Virus record (IMG/VR): IMGVR_UViG_3300049828_000410
Coordinates: 1 to 39,021 of that record
Length of the DNA: 39,021 nucleotides
Source of the DNA: a virus
Lineage: Duplodnaviria > Caudoviricetes
Direction: 5' to 3' (one strand)
Part shown: positions 1 through 8,017 of the stretch, piece by piece
Numbering within the stretch: the first letter of the stretch is position 1
How the letters are laid out: each line of letters starts with the position of its first letter
Translations under genes and position numbers: made by a program
The notes under the pieces: generated by a model
The model's input: the letters and a program-made list of their open reading frames with translations, nothing else
Database searches by the model: none
Told to the model about the DNA's origin: nothing

Positions 1-1311
1 GAACGCTACAAGTTGCTTAAGCGTGCGGTTCAGCGCGATCCGATGCTGACGGGGATGCCGACGATGAAACATCGCTACATGGCGTTTACCCCTGATCAAG
101 GCTTGACCCGCATCTTGCTGAAGGTCCGTGACGACGACGTTGTGACTGTGGCCACGACACGCTCCTTTGCTGATGACGTGCTGAATTACTTGCAGCACGA
201 GCGGCTCATGTACAACGAGGTTTGGCAGTGGGACTACGAACGGACTATGAAGTTTGCCAATTTCTATTTGGCGGTTTGCGAACTAATTGACGAGCCTAAG
301 GCTTTCCGGTGGGAGGGCGAGCAAGGCTTTTGTTACCACCGCTTGCCGTGGGAGCTTCGGGGTGGCGAGTACCCCTTGTGGCAGCAGTTCTTGGGTCGGC
401 TATCGAACCGCCAAGCCTTCTGTGACTGGATCGGCAGCCTATTCGTGGATACCGCCTACATGCAAGACTACGTGTGGGTTCAGGGTATGGGCGAAGACGG
501 TAAGGGTGTTCTTAACAGGTTCTTGCACCAAGTGTTTGGTAGCGCCTATCGGGCTACGCAGCCCCCGAGGTCCGACCACTGGCACGAGGGGCTGATAGGT
601 AAGCGTCTGGTGGTTTTTCCCGACTGTAACAACACCAAGTTTGTAACCTCGGGCGAGTTCAAGAGCCTTACCGGCGGTGACCCAGTGGAAATCAACCCGA
701 AGTACCAAGCCATGTTCACCTACCTGCCAAAAGCCAAGTACCTGTTCTTTTCCAACGAGCGGCCTGAGATCTCTAGCGAGCGGGCGGACATGCGGCGGCT
801 CGTCTTGTGTGAGTTTGATCCCAAGGCCCCTAAAATCGATTCTGACGACTTTGAGGGCGAGTTGTGGGAGCAAGGTGGGCCGTTCCTTTATGCATGCATG
901 CAGGGCTATGCGGCAAGGTCCAAGGGCAGGCTGCCTGTCGTCCAGTCCGATGAGGCTTTGGACAGCGTGCGGTTACATGTGAGCACCTTGGAAGAGGAGT
1001 TTGAGATCGTATTTGATAAGGCGTTTCTAAAATCTCCCGGCAGTTACTTGCCGCCAGCAGACTTTGACTTGGTTATGCGGGCGTACTTCCAGAACGACCG
1101 GCGCAAGCAGTTGGATTTTAGATCATGGCTTGAACGTATCCACGGCATTCGCAAGAAGTCGGCACGGGACGGTAACGGGGGGTTCATCAAGAGCTATGTC
1201 GGCCTCTTGCTCAAGTACAGCCCTCGGCGACAGCTCATGGAAGGTGAGAAGGCCCTCTTGGCTGAGGAGCAACGCAAGAAGGATTGGCTTGAGGCGGCTA
1301 AATCTTGGTGA
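1..1311 (+). CDS. SF3 / D5-like (phage-plasmid primase P4 family) DNA helicase; 5' end lies at 38992-39021
   Basis: Walker A-like GMGEDGKG, Walker B-like LVVFPD, FKSLTGGDPVEINPKY, motif C LFFSN, arginine finger MRRL; lies directly after the primase gene. Confidence 0.88.
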   Translation, partial: ERYKLLKRAVQRDPMLTGMPTMKHRYMAFTPDQGLTRILLKVRDDDVVTVATTRSFADDVLNYLQHERLMYNEVWQWDYERTMKFANFYLAVCELIDEPKAFRWEGEQGFCYHRLPWELRGGEYPLWQQFLGRLSNRQAFCDWIGSLFVDTAYMQDYVWVQGMGEDGKGVLNRFLHQVFGSAYRATQPPRSDHWHEGLIGKRLVVFPDCNNTKFVTSGEFKSLTGGDPVEINPKYQAMFTYLPKAKYLFFSNERPEISSERADMRRLVLCEFDPKAPKIDSDDFEGELWEQGGPFLYACMQGYAARSKGRLPVVQSDEALDSVRLHVSTLEEEFEIVFDKAFLKSPGSYLPPADFDLVMRAYFQNDRRKQLDFRSWLERIHGIRKKSARDGNGGFIKSYVGLLLKYSPRRQLMEGEKALLAEEQRKKDWLEAAKSW

Positions 1312-1322
1312 GCTATCGGGTT

Positions 1323-1589
1323 GTGTACGGGATGTGTACGGCATGTGGACGGGAAGTGGAGATGCGTTTGACCCCTTGTTTTATAGCATGTGTACGGCTG
1401 TGTACGGCGTGTATGGGTATATATATAAAACTACACACGAGACATATAGCCGGAAGAAAGAGGGAGACACATACCAATAGAGTTTTTCGAAAATTGCCGT
1501 ACACACGCACACACCCGTACACAGCGTTGATATGATTGAGGAATACAGGCAAGTGTTGCCGTACACAAGGCGTCCACACAGCCGTACAC
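1323..1589. repeat. Probable replication origin: inverted iteron arrays around an AT-rich core
   Basis: GTGTACGG at 1323, 1334, 1390, 1400 (variants at 1345, 1409); reverse complement CCGTACAC at 1497, 1515, 1559, 1582; central TATATATATAAAA and palindrome TTTTCGAAAA (1484-1493); intergenic, directly after the helicase. Confidence 0.7.
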
Positions 1590-1608
1590 AACGGGGGAGG
1601 ATCATGGA

Positions 1609-2088
1609 ATGAACCAAGGTGCGGTAATTGGGATCGATCACGGGGCAAAGGGTGGGGTGTGCGTACTTACACTCAAGGGGGTGGTAGAGGTATTAATACC
1701 CATGCCAGACCTTAACGTCATCCGAGACATTGCCAAGACGTATGACGCTCATCTGTGGATTGAGGAGTTGTCGATACACCCAAGATTCTCTCGGACGGTC
1801 ATCTGCACCCTGGCAAGGAACCTCGGACGCATTGAGGGACATTTTAGAGCGTTTCAGAGGCGTATCACCACGGTAAGGCCCCAAGTGTGGCAGCAAGTCA
1901 TGTATTCCGACCCGAGGCTCGCCAGTCTAGAGGGGAAGGGTAGGTCATTTGCGGCATGCGAGATTCTTGATCCGACAGTTAACTTGATCCCGTCAGCTCG
2001 AGCGCACAAGGAACATGACGGGATGGCGGATGCGTATTTAATAGCCAGATATGGTTTAATGATGTCTCAAGCAAGGGAGATTGCATGA
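1609..2088 (+). CDS. ruvC: RuvC-like Holliday junction resolvase
   Basis: N-terminal VIGIDHGAKGG, WIEE, VRPQVWQ and HDGMADAYLIARYG motifs typical of phage RuvC-like nucleases. Confidence 0.85.
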   Translation: MNQGAVIGIDHGAKGGVCVLTLKGVVEVLIPMPDLNVIRDIAKTYDAHLWIEELSIHPRFSRTVICTLARNLGRIEGHFRAFQRRITTVRPQVWQQVMYSDPRLASLEGKGRSFAACEILDPTVNLIPSARAHKEHDGMADAYLIARYGLMMSQAREIA

Positions 2089-2330
2089 TGGAGTTGTTGG
2101 CGGTGTTCATTAGCGCGTTGGGGCTTGGGGCTATCGGTGTGGACTGGCTGAACCGCAGGGATCTGTCGGCCAGCGTGGCCAAGTCGGTGGAGGAAATGAA
2201 CCGGGTCTTGGGGCAAGTGAGTGAGGTCCACAACAAGCAGACCATCGAACTCGCGGCTCTGTCGGAACGCATCACCCAGGTGGACATGAAGACATCGATG
2301 ATGGGCAGAAGCCCGTTTGGCAAGCAGTAG
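2085..2330 (+). CDS. Small membrane protein with N-terminal TM helix and coiled coil
   Basis: Hydrophobic N-terminus LLAVFISALGLGAIGV; ATGA overlap with ruvC; GGGAG RBS. Confidence 0.65.
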   Translation: MMELLAVFISALGLGAIGVDWLNRRDLSASVAKSVEEMNRVLGQVSEVHNKQTIELAALSERITQVDMKTSMMGRSPFGKQ

Positions 2331-2399
2331 AAAAAAATAGTTTAATGATATACGTCTTTTACAGCTCTCAATAAACTTTAAAATGATTTTGTAGGTTAT

Positions 2400-3584
2400 A
2401 TGATAATTGAGCACGTACCTATAAGCAGCTTAAAACAAGATGCGAACAACGCCCGCAAGCACTCGCCCAAGAACTTGAAAGCGATCAAGGGAAGCCTGCG
2501 CAAGTTCGGTCAGCAGAAACCGATCGTGGTGGATGGCGAGGGTGTGGTGATAGCGGGCAACGGTACGTTAGCCGCAGCGCAAGAGATCGGCTGGACAGAG
2601 ATCGACGTGGTGCGGACAGCGCTCGTTGGTGCCGATGCCGTGGCGTTCGCCCTTGCCGACAACCGCACGGCAGAGCTAGCCGAGTGGGACGATGCGATAC
2701 TGGGTGGCGCACTTCAAGCGCTGCGCGAGGGCGGCTTCGACATCGAGGCTATTGGCTTTGATATCAAGGAAGCCCTCGACGCTGGCAATTCAGGCAATGG
2801 CGATCCCGATGACGTGCCTGATGAGCCGGCGGAGGTGTGGGTCAAGGTCGGCGACCTGTTTGAGCTTGGTAGCCATAGGTTATTGTGCGGCGATTCGACC
2901 AATCGCGAGGACGTTGCCAGGCTAATGAATGGCGCGGAGGCGGATTTAGTCCATACTGACCCCCCTTACAATGTTGACTATTCGAATCAAGATCGGCCTA
3001 AGGCTGGTAAAATTGATCTAGGCCGCATAAAAAACGACAAAATGGAGGATGACATCTTCCTCCAGTTTTTGACGTCTTCCCTTTCATTAGCGTTCGCAAG
3101 CTGTAAAGACGATTCGAGCATCTATATTTGGTATGCATCGAAAGAAACTTTAAATTTTCATGTTGCTGCTGCTGCTGCTGGGTGGGCTATCAATCAGCAA
3201 ATCATTTGGAAAAAGCCGATGCTGTTAGGTCGTGGACGCTATCAGTGGGCGCACGAGCCGTGCGTTTTTGGCGTGAAGGGAAAGCCTTGGTTCACGGACG
3301 ACCGGACGAAGACAACAGTTTGGGATTTTGGCGGCTACGATAAAAGCAAGAATGTGCATCCAACGCAAAAACCAGTCGTTGTTCCAGAGGAAGCTATCAA
3401 CAATAGTTCCAAGATCGGCAGTATCGTCCTGGACCTATTCCTAGGCTCGGGCTCAACGCTCATCGCGTGCGAAAAGACGGGCCGCCGTTGCTACGGTATG
3501 GAGCTCGACCCCAAGTACTGCCAAGTCATCCTAGAGCGCTGGGCTAAGTTCTCGGGCAAGGAATGGAAGCAAATAGATGGCTAA
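2400..3584 (+). CDS. ParB-like N-terminal domain fused to an N6-adenine/N4-cytosine DNA methyltransferase
   Basis: ParB-N motifs NARKH, FGQQKPIVVD, IAGNG, LADNR; MTase motifs HRLLCGDS, TDPPY, HPTQKP, LDLFLGSGSTLIACE, MELDPKY. Confidence 0.93.
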   Translation: MIIEHVPISSLKQDANNARKHSPKNLKAIKGSLRKFGQQKPIVVDGEGVVIAGNGTLAAAQEIGWTEIDVVRTALVGADAVAFALADNRTAELAEWDDAILGGALQALREGGFDIEAIGFDIKEALDAGNSGNGDPDDVPDEPAEVWVKVGDLFELGSHRLLCGDSTNREDVARLMNGAEADLVHTDPPYNVDYSNQDRPKAGKIDLGRIKNDKMEDDIFLQFLTSSLSLAFASCKDDSSIYIWYASKETLNFHVAAAAAGWAINQQIIWKKPMLLGRGRYQWAHEPCVFGVKGKPWFTDDRTKTTVWDFGGYDKSKNVHPTQKPVVVPEEAINNSSKIGSIVLDLFLGSGSTLIACEKTGRRCYGMELDPKYCQVILERWAKFSGKEWKQIDG

Positions 3585-3975
3585 GCCTTTTTTCAAAGGC
3601 GATCCGCGCATCGGTCGCAAGAAGATCCCGCCTGAACTCATCGAGGTGCGGTGTCGGGGCAAGGCTGAGATTAAGCGGTTGATCAACCTGTATCTCGACT
3701 TACCGCGCGACCAGCTCAAGAAGAAGATCGAAGACCCTAAGACCCCGGCGATTGAGTTATATTTGGCATCGTTGATTGCTAAAGGGATTCAAACGTCTGA
3801 TTGGCGTATGTTTGCATGGCTGCTGGATCGTATCGTTGGCCCGGTCAAGACAGAGGACGTGGATATAGCAGAGCTGCGCGAACAAGTTAAGGCAGAGATA
3901 GAGCTTGAAGGTATGCCGATAGAGGACGTGAGGGCACTAGCTGCGAGGAAGGGGAGGGTGATCGATGTCGACTAA
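3577..3975 (+). CDS. terS: Putative terminase small subunit
   Basis: N-terminal KPFFKGDPRIGRKK and WLLDRIVG helix resemble TerS-like proteins; follows the ParB-MTase and lies upstream of terL. Confidence 0.55.
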   Translation: MAKPFFKGDPRIGRKKIPPELIEVRCRGKAEIKRLINLYLDLPRDQLKKKIEDPKTPAIELYLASLIAKGIQTSDWRMFAWLLDRIVGPVKTEDVDIAELREQVKAEIELEGMPIEDVRALAARKGRVIDVD

Positions 3976-4126
3976 AGGTATTTGTGGCGAAGACGAAGTA
4001 TGCTCGCGGTGTGCTCGGGTCATCACCGCACCCTTCGAGATCGAGGAATGCTGGAAGTGTAACGCTCTCCTATGCTGCGACTGCTGGGAGACCTATGGCG
4101 TATGTGGTGACCATGATAACCAATGA
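3965..4126 (+). CDS. 53-aa Cys-rich zinc-finger-like protein (not in ORF track)
   Basis: Own translation MSTKGICGEDEVCSRCARVITAPFEIEECWKCNALLCCDCWETYGVCGDHDNQ; 9 Cys; GGGAGG RBS; stop overlaps the next ATG. Confidence 0.7.
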   Translation: MSTKGICGEDEVCSRCARVITAPFEIEECWKCNALLCCDCWETYGVCGDHDNQ

Positions 4127-4254
4127 CGAACTTGAGGCGCGACATGGAACGGCTAATCGCGGAAGTGGAGCGTCTAGCAGCGGATTACGAATGGCTTAGG
4201 CAGCAATACCGGCAATTAGTGGCGGTGAGCCCATTTACTATGAAGGCTAAATAG
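4123..4254 (+). CDS. 43-aa coiled-coil protein (not in ORF track)
   Basis: MTNLRRDMERLIAEVERLAADYEWLRQQYRQLVAVSPFTMKAK; ATGA-coupled to the upstream ORF; TAG abuts ATG 4255. Confidence 0.65.
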   Translation: MTNLRRDMERLIAEVERLAADYEWLRQQYRQLVAVSPFTMKAK

Positions 4255-4581
4255 ATGTTTCCGGGGACTAACATGCCAGCACACGACATGGCGGACATGA
4301 AGGCTAAGTTCAAGCGCGGGATTATTCCAGGGCATGACATCACGGTGTCGCAAGTAGTGGTTTTGAAACACTATTTAGGCATCTCTGTCCCGGCGCTGAC
4401 ATTCAATCAATTGGCCGAGTGCTTAGAGTCCACGCCAAGTCATTTGCATGTTGTATGTGCGACGGGCTTGCGTAATCTTGGGGTGGAAATCACACCATCG
4501 AAGTTTAAAGATCGGCTCAAGGAAGGCAGAACGGCGGACCATAGGATTTGCGAACGAATAATACTGGCGCAGGCCAAATAG
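4255..4581 (+). CDS. Putative helix-turn-helix (sigma-4-like) DNA-binding protein
   Basis: VLKHYLGI...LTFNQLAECLESTPSHLHVVCATGLRNL resembles a sigma region 4 HTH. Confidence 0.5.
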   Translation: MFPGTNMPAHDMADMKAKFKRGIIPGHDITVSQVVVLKHYLGISVPALTFNQLAECLESTPSHLHVVCATGLRNLGVEITPSKFKDRLKEGRTADHRICERIILAQAK

Positions 4582-4587
4582 GGAGCG

Positions 4588-5538
4588 ATGATGAAGAAGT
4601 TGATGTTATTGTCGATGTTGGCAGCGCCAGTGATGGCAGCGCCTAAGCCATGCCCGCGTGTGGACCCAGCGGTGATGGACGAGAGCGGGAACCCGATGTG
4701 CCCAAGTGAAGTAGTCACTAACACGGCTTACTCGGTGTTCCGTTGTGGTGTCGATCAAGCTCGCTCCTGGGCTATCCCCACGCAGGCCGAGATCTCCAGC
4801 ACCGAGAACATGTTGAAAGCGTTTAAGAACCGAAACTACAAACGCATGCGCAAGATGGCGGATGAGGTGGGCCTGCAAGTCTGCCGTGTCAAGAAGGAGG
4901 ACGATCAGTACCTGCTCTTCTTTGCGAAGTACGGGGTGAAGGATTACAACGGCCCGTTCATGATGCTGCGCGACGCTGCGAAGGTATCGAAGGTGTGGCT
5001 CATCGCACCGCACCAACACAGCGACGGGTACTTCTCCGCAGCACCAAGAGGCTTTCAAGACACGCACGCGGTCGCATACTTCCAAGCGGGCCATGACAAG
5101 GGCGGCTTTGGTGCCCCAGACCGTAGCGCTGACTTCAGTCACTCAAACGTAGCGCTGGGCTACCATGCAGTTAAGGCATTCGGTCAGCTATACCCGAAAA
5201 GCGTGGTGTTACACATACATGGGATGAAGGCGCAAGGGCATGTATTGTACCGGCCACTCAAAGGCCCGCTCGCTAAGCCGTTTGAGAAGGCAGTAACGAA
5301 GGTAACAAAGCTCGACGACTTCAGGGGCTTTAATGCGTTCTATGAGATCGATCCACCGACCGTGAACACGGGGTGGTACGTGAAGACAGAACTCCCGGCT
5401 GTGACCTACCGGAACAACAACGCGGTAGTGGCGTCGCTCATTAAGGAATGGGAAGCACAGCCTTTTGCGTGGAAGGATTCGGTGTTGCCATCGCCTGAAC
5501 CAGAGCCTGCCGGCGGGGAGAACTCGGACCATGAATAA
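4588..5538 (+). CDS. Secreted putative Zn-dependent hydrolase (N-formylglutamate amidohydrolase / gamma-PGA hydrolase-like fold)
   Basis: Sec signal peptide MKKLMLLSMLAAPVMA; motifs LIAPHQHSD, ADFSH, VLHIHGM. Confidence 0.5.
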   Translation: MMKKLMLLSMLAAPVMAAPKPCPRVDPAVMDESGNPMCPSEVVTNTAYSVFRCGVDQARSWAIPTQAEISSTENMLKAFKNRNYKRMRKMADEVGLQVCRVKKEDDQYLLFFAKYGVKDYNGPFMMLRDAAKVSKVWLIAPHQHSDGYFSAAPRGFQDTHAVAYFQAGHDKGGFGAPDRSADFSHSNVALGYHAVKAFGQLYPKSVVLHIHGMKAQGHVLYRPLKGPLAKPFEKAVTKVTKLDDFRGFNAFYEIDPPTVNTGWYVKTELPAVTYRNNNAVVASLIKEWEAQPFAWKDSVLPSPEPEPAGGENSDHE

Positions 5539-5770
5539 TCGAATGCTAGAAATTTTAGACACGGTAGTAAACGATCAAGAGAATCGCATTACTGATTTAA
5601 AGCTTAATATTGAGCGCTGTAACGAGCTTTTAGCAGACGCATACAAGCAACGAGATGAAGCCGCGAAGCTGGCGACAGAGTACCGCACGATGATGAAAGA
5701 CGGTATCCATGGCTCCTGTCTGGCCGCGATTGAATACGTACTTAGCAGATACATCGACGGCGACCAGTAA
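5531..5770 (+). CDS. Hypothetical coiled-coil protein
   Basis: ATG 5531 with GGGGAG RBS, overlapping the upstream stop; TAA overlaps the terL ATG. Confidence 0.65.
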   Translation: MNNRMLEILDTVVNDQENRITDLKLNIERCNELLADAYKQRDEAAKLATEYRTMMKDGIHGSCLAAIEYVLSRYIDGDQ

Positions 5771-7155
5771 TGCCAACCCCTGAGCAAGCGTTCGAATACC
5801 TATGGCGCAAGGGTGACTTGCGCTTCAAGCTTCAGCCTCAGCAGGTGCCGATTTATGAAGGTGTTCGATCGCTTCCTGACGGTATTGATGAGGCGGTGCT
5901 ACTATGTGCTCGGCAGTTCGGAAAGTCGTACTTGGGCGTCATATTGGCGCTTGAGGATTGTCTCCGGCATCCTGGGAAGTGCGTACTCATCGTTGGTCCC
6001 ACTCTCAAGCAAACGCGTGAGATTGTCACACCAAGGCTTCGCGAACTGGCTCTCGACGCGCCGGAGGGTCTTATTAGGCCGCTTAAGAGCGAGTCTAAAT
6101 GGATCATCGGAGAGAGTGAGCTTGTCATTGGCGGATTTGATGTCAATTCAACAAGCCAGCGCGGAAAGACGGTCCAGACAATCTATGTCGAGGAAATTGT
6201 CGATAGTCACCCCGACAACTACATCGAAGCCATGCGATCCGACTTAGGCCCTGCTCTGACCCGTTCCAAGGGTGGCAAGATGGTGTTTCTAACCACGCTG
6301 CCAAAGTTTCCAGACCATCCTTTTGTGGTCGATACGATGGTCAAGGCTGAGTTCAATAATGCGCTCTACGTCTACACTATTGAAGACAACAAAGAGCTGA
6401 CGCAAGCCCAGTATGATGCGTGTGTGCGGCGTGCAGGCGGCAGGGACTCGATCGACTTTCGCCGGGAATACATGTGCGAGTTGGTAAGAGACCCAACAAT
6501 TCTAGTGGTGCCAGACTTTGACGAGGCAAGGCACGTCAAAGACTTCAATATGATGGATGACTGCCATCTGCATGTGGGCGGTGACTGGGGTGGCGTGCGA
6601 GATATGACCGCACTTCTGCTCATGTCCCACGATTTCGCGAATGACCGCATTGTGGTCTACGACGAGCGTATTTTTCCGCCCAATACGCCAACGAGCACGA
6701 TCATCCAAGAGGCCCGCAAGATGGAGTTGGGGCGCACGGTGTCTCGCTCGATCGACATGCCGGGTCAGTTGCAGGTGGATATCACGGCCTACGGGTACGA
6801 AGCGCAGATGCCGCCCAAGGATGACTGGCGTGCGGCCATCAACTCGATGGCTGTAAAGTTCTCGCTCGGCAAGATATGGGTGCATAAGCGCTGTCGGTTC
6901 CTCATCCAATCCTTGCGCTCTGGTACTTTTAACAAAAACAAAACAGACTTTGAGAGAACCTCAATACTTGGGCACTGCGATGCTCTTGCCGCGCTGATGT
7001 ACGGCATAAGAACGCAGCCAACACACAGCCCGTATGCTATACAAGAGGCTCTGCCGGGCATGCACTTCACGCAGTTTAAGCGCCCTGGGACAGATGACAG
7101 TTTGAAGGGGCTAACGGGTAAGCAATTCGGTGGATATAAGAGGTTTGGTAAGTGA
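5770..7155 (+). CDS. terL: Terminase large subunit
   Basis: LQPQQ Q-motif, Walker A ARQFGKS, GPTLKQ, RG..Walker B IYVEE, motif III LTT, FRREYMCE, nuclease GGDWG and HCDALAALMYG. Confidence 0.93.
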   Translation: MPTPEQAFEYLWRKGDLRFKLQPQQVPIYEGVRSLPDGIDEAVLLCARQFGKSYLGVILALEDCLRHPGKCVLIVGPTLKQTREIVTPRLRELALDAPEGLIRPLKSESKWIIGESELVIGGFDVNSTSQRGKTVQTIYVEEIVDSHPDNYIEAMRSDLGPALTRSKGGKMVFLTTLPKFPDHPFVVDTMVKAEFNNALYVYTIEDNKELTQAQYDACVRRAGGRDSIDFRREYMCELVRDPTILVVPDFDEARHVKDFNMMDDCHLHVGGDWGGVRDMTALLLMSHDFANDRIVVYDERIFPPNTPTSTIIQEARKMELGRTVSRSIDMPGQLQVDITAYGYEAQMPPKDDWRAAINSMAVKFSLGKIWVHKRCRFLIQSLRSGTFNKNKTDFERTSILGHCDALAALMYGIRTQPTHSPYAIQEALPGMHFTQFKRPGTDDSLKGLTGKQFGGYKRFGK

Positions 7156-7409
7156 AGTTTGAGTTCATGCTTGGCGACGTAGAAGTTTATAGCGATCCCA
7201 ATATACCAAACGGCGCTAAGGTATTTTGGCAGGCAAAAGCGTGGGAGGCGGCGACTAGGATGGACAGGACTTGGGATCGATATCAGAGGGTAATAGATTT
7301 GGTTAAGGATTTAATTCCTTCGGACACGCTTGTATTGCTTATTAAGGAACTGGACGCATTTGACACGGCATCCAAGCGCGAGATTTTGGCGGCAGGGAAT
7401 AAGCGATGA
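7152..7409 (+). CDS. Hypothetical protein
   Basis: Overlaps both flanking genes by 4 nt. Confidence 0.6.
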   Translation: MKFEFMLGDVEVYSDPNIPNGAKVFWQAKAWEAATRMDRTWDRYQRVIDLVKDLIPSDTLVLLIKELDAFDTASKREILAAGNKR

Positions 7410-7789
7410 CAGTCATCACCATCACACGCACACCCGACATCGCCAAGGCTCTGAACACAGAGGCGGGCAAGCAGCTTGACGATATCCTCAGCTTTCTCGT
7501 TACGGAGCTGACGGACCAAGTCATCAGGACGCTGCGAAACGGCATCTCGTTTCAAGACAACGTAACGTGCAAGGTGTCAGTCGTCGCTCTGACCCACGAT
7601 GTTTACCAAGAGATCGAGACGGGCGGGCGTACCCCTACGCAGATACTCTTCGGCAGAGTTAGCTCACCCACGACGATTCTAACGGGCTTTGGGTGGTATC
7701 TGGACGAGCGTAGTCGATTGCAGGTGAAGGTGAAGTATGACCCCGTCCCTGCTGACCCTCTTGACGTAACGCTCACGATTCTTTTTTGA
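7406..7789 (+). CDS. Hypothetical, possibly virion structural protein
   Basis: ATGA-coupled ORF; helical N-terminus and beta-rich C-terminus ending VTLTILF. Confidence 0.65.
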   Translation: MTVITITRTPDIAKALNTEAGKQLDDILSFLVTELTDQVIRTLRNGISFQDNVTCKVSVVALTHDVYQEIETGGRTPTQILFGRVSSPTTILTGFGWYLDERSRLQVKVKYDPVPADPLDVTLTILF

Positions 7790-7807
7790 TAGAGAGTCGG
7801 GACAGGC

Positions 7808-7837
7808 ACCTCATCCTCGTCGAGGGTGGGGTTTTTT
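7808..7837 (+). terminator. Rho-independent terminator after the terminase operon
   Basis: Stem ACCTCATCCTC / GAGGGTGGGGT (with G-U pairs) followed by a T run. Confidence 0.7.
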
Positions 7838-7843
7838 AGCGGC

Positions 7844-7873
7844 TTGACTCGACACGAATTACTCTGTTCTGAT
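7844..7873 (+). promoter_or_regulatory. Candidate promoter P1
   Basis: TTGACT-N15-TGT-TCTGAT, same layout as P2. Confidence 0.4.
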
Positions 7874-7901
7874 GTAGTCACTCACAAAGATACCTCGCGG
7901 G

Positions 7902-7930
7902 GCTCCCGGCTATCAGTCGAGGGCTTTTTT
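7902..7930 (+). terminator. Second Rho-independent terminator-like hairpin
   Basis: GCTCCCGGC-TATCA-GTCGAGGGC (one mismatch, G-U pairs) followed by TTTTTT. Confidence 0.5.
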
Positions 7931-7933
7931 CTA

Positions 7934-7963
7934 TTGACATTCCGAAGACCGCTTTGATCTAAT
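7934..7963 (+). promoter_or_regulatory. Candidate sigma70-type promoter P2 of the morphogenesis operon
   Basis: TTGACA-N15-TGA-TCTAAT, 54 nt upstream of the scaffold ATG. Confidence 0.55.
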
Positions 7964-8017
7964 CCTCCCAACAAATCCGAATCGTTACACCTCTACCCAT
8001 ATGGCGAGGCTCCCTTA

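Noticed and set aside
1305-1648. Overlapping ORFs on both strands, or a CRISPR array, in the iteron region
   Set aside because: The ORFs are low-complexity by-products of the 8-bp repeats; repeats are too short and irregular for CRISPR and no cas genes are present.
3165-3180. (GCT)5 microsatellite and poly-Cys ORF 3128-3343
   Set aside because: Encodes a poly-Ala stretch in the methyltransferase frame; the poly-Cys ORF is an off-frame artefact.
3984-4199. 71-aa ORF from the track
   Set aside because: Better explained by the two coupled ORFs 3965-4126 and 4123-4254.
6181-6200. TerL Walker B reads YVEE rather than hhDE
   Set aside because: EE variants occur in functional terminases; the other motifs are intact, so it is not a pseudogene.
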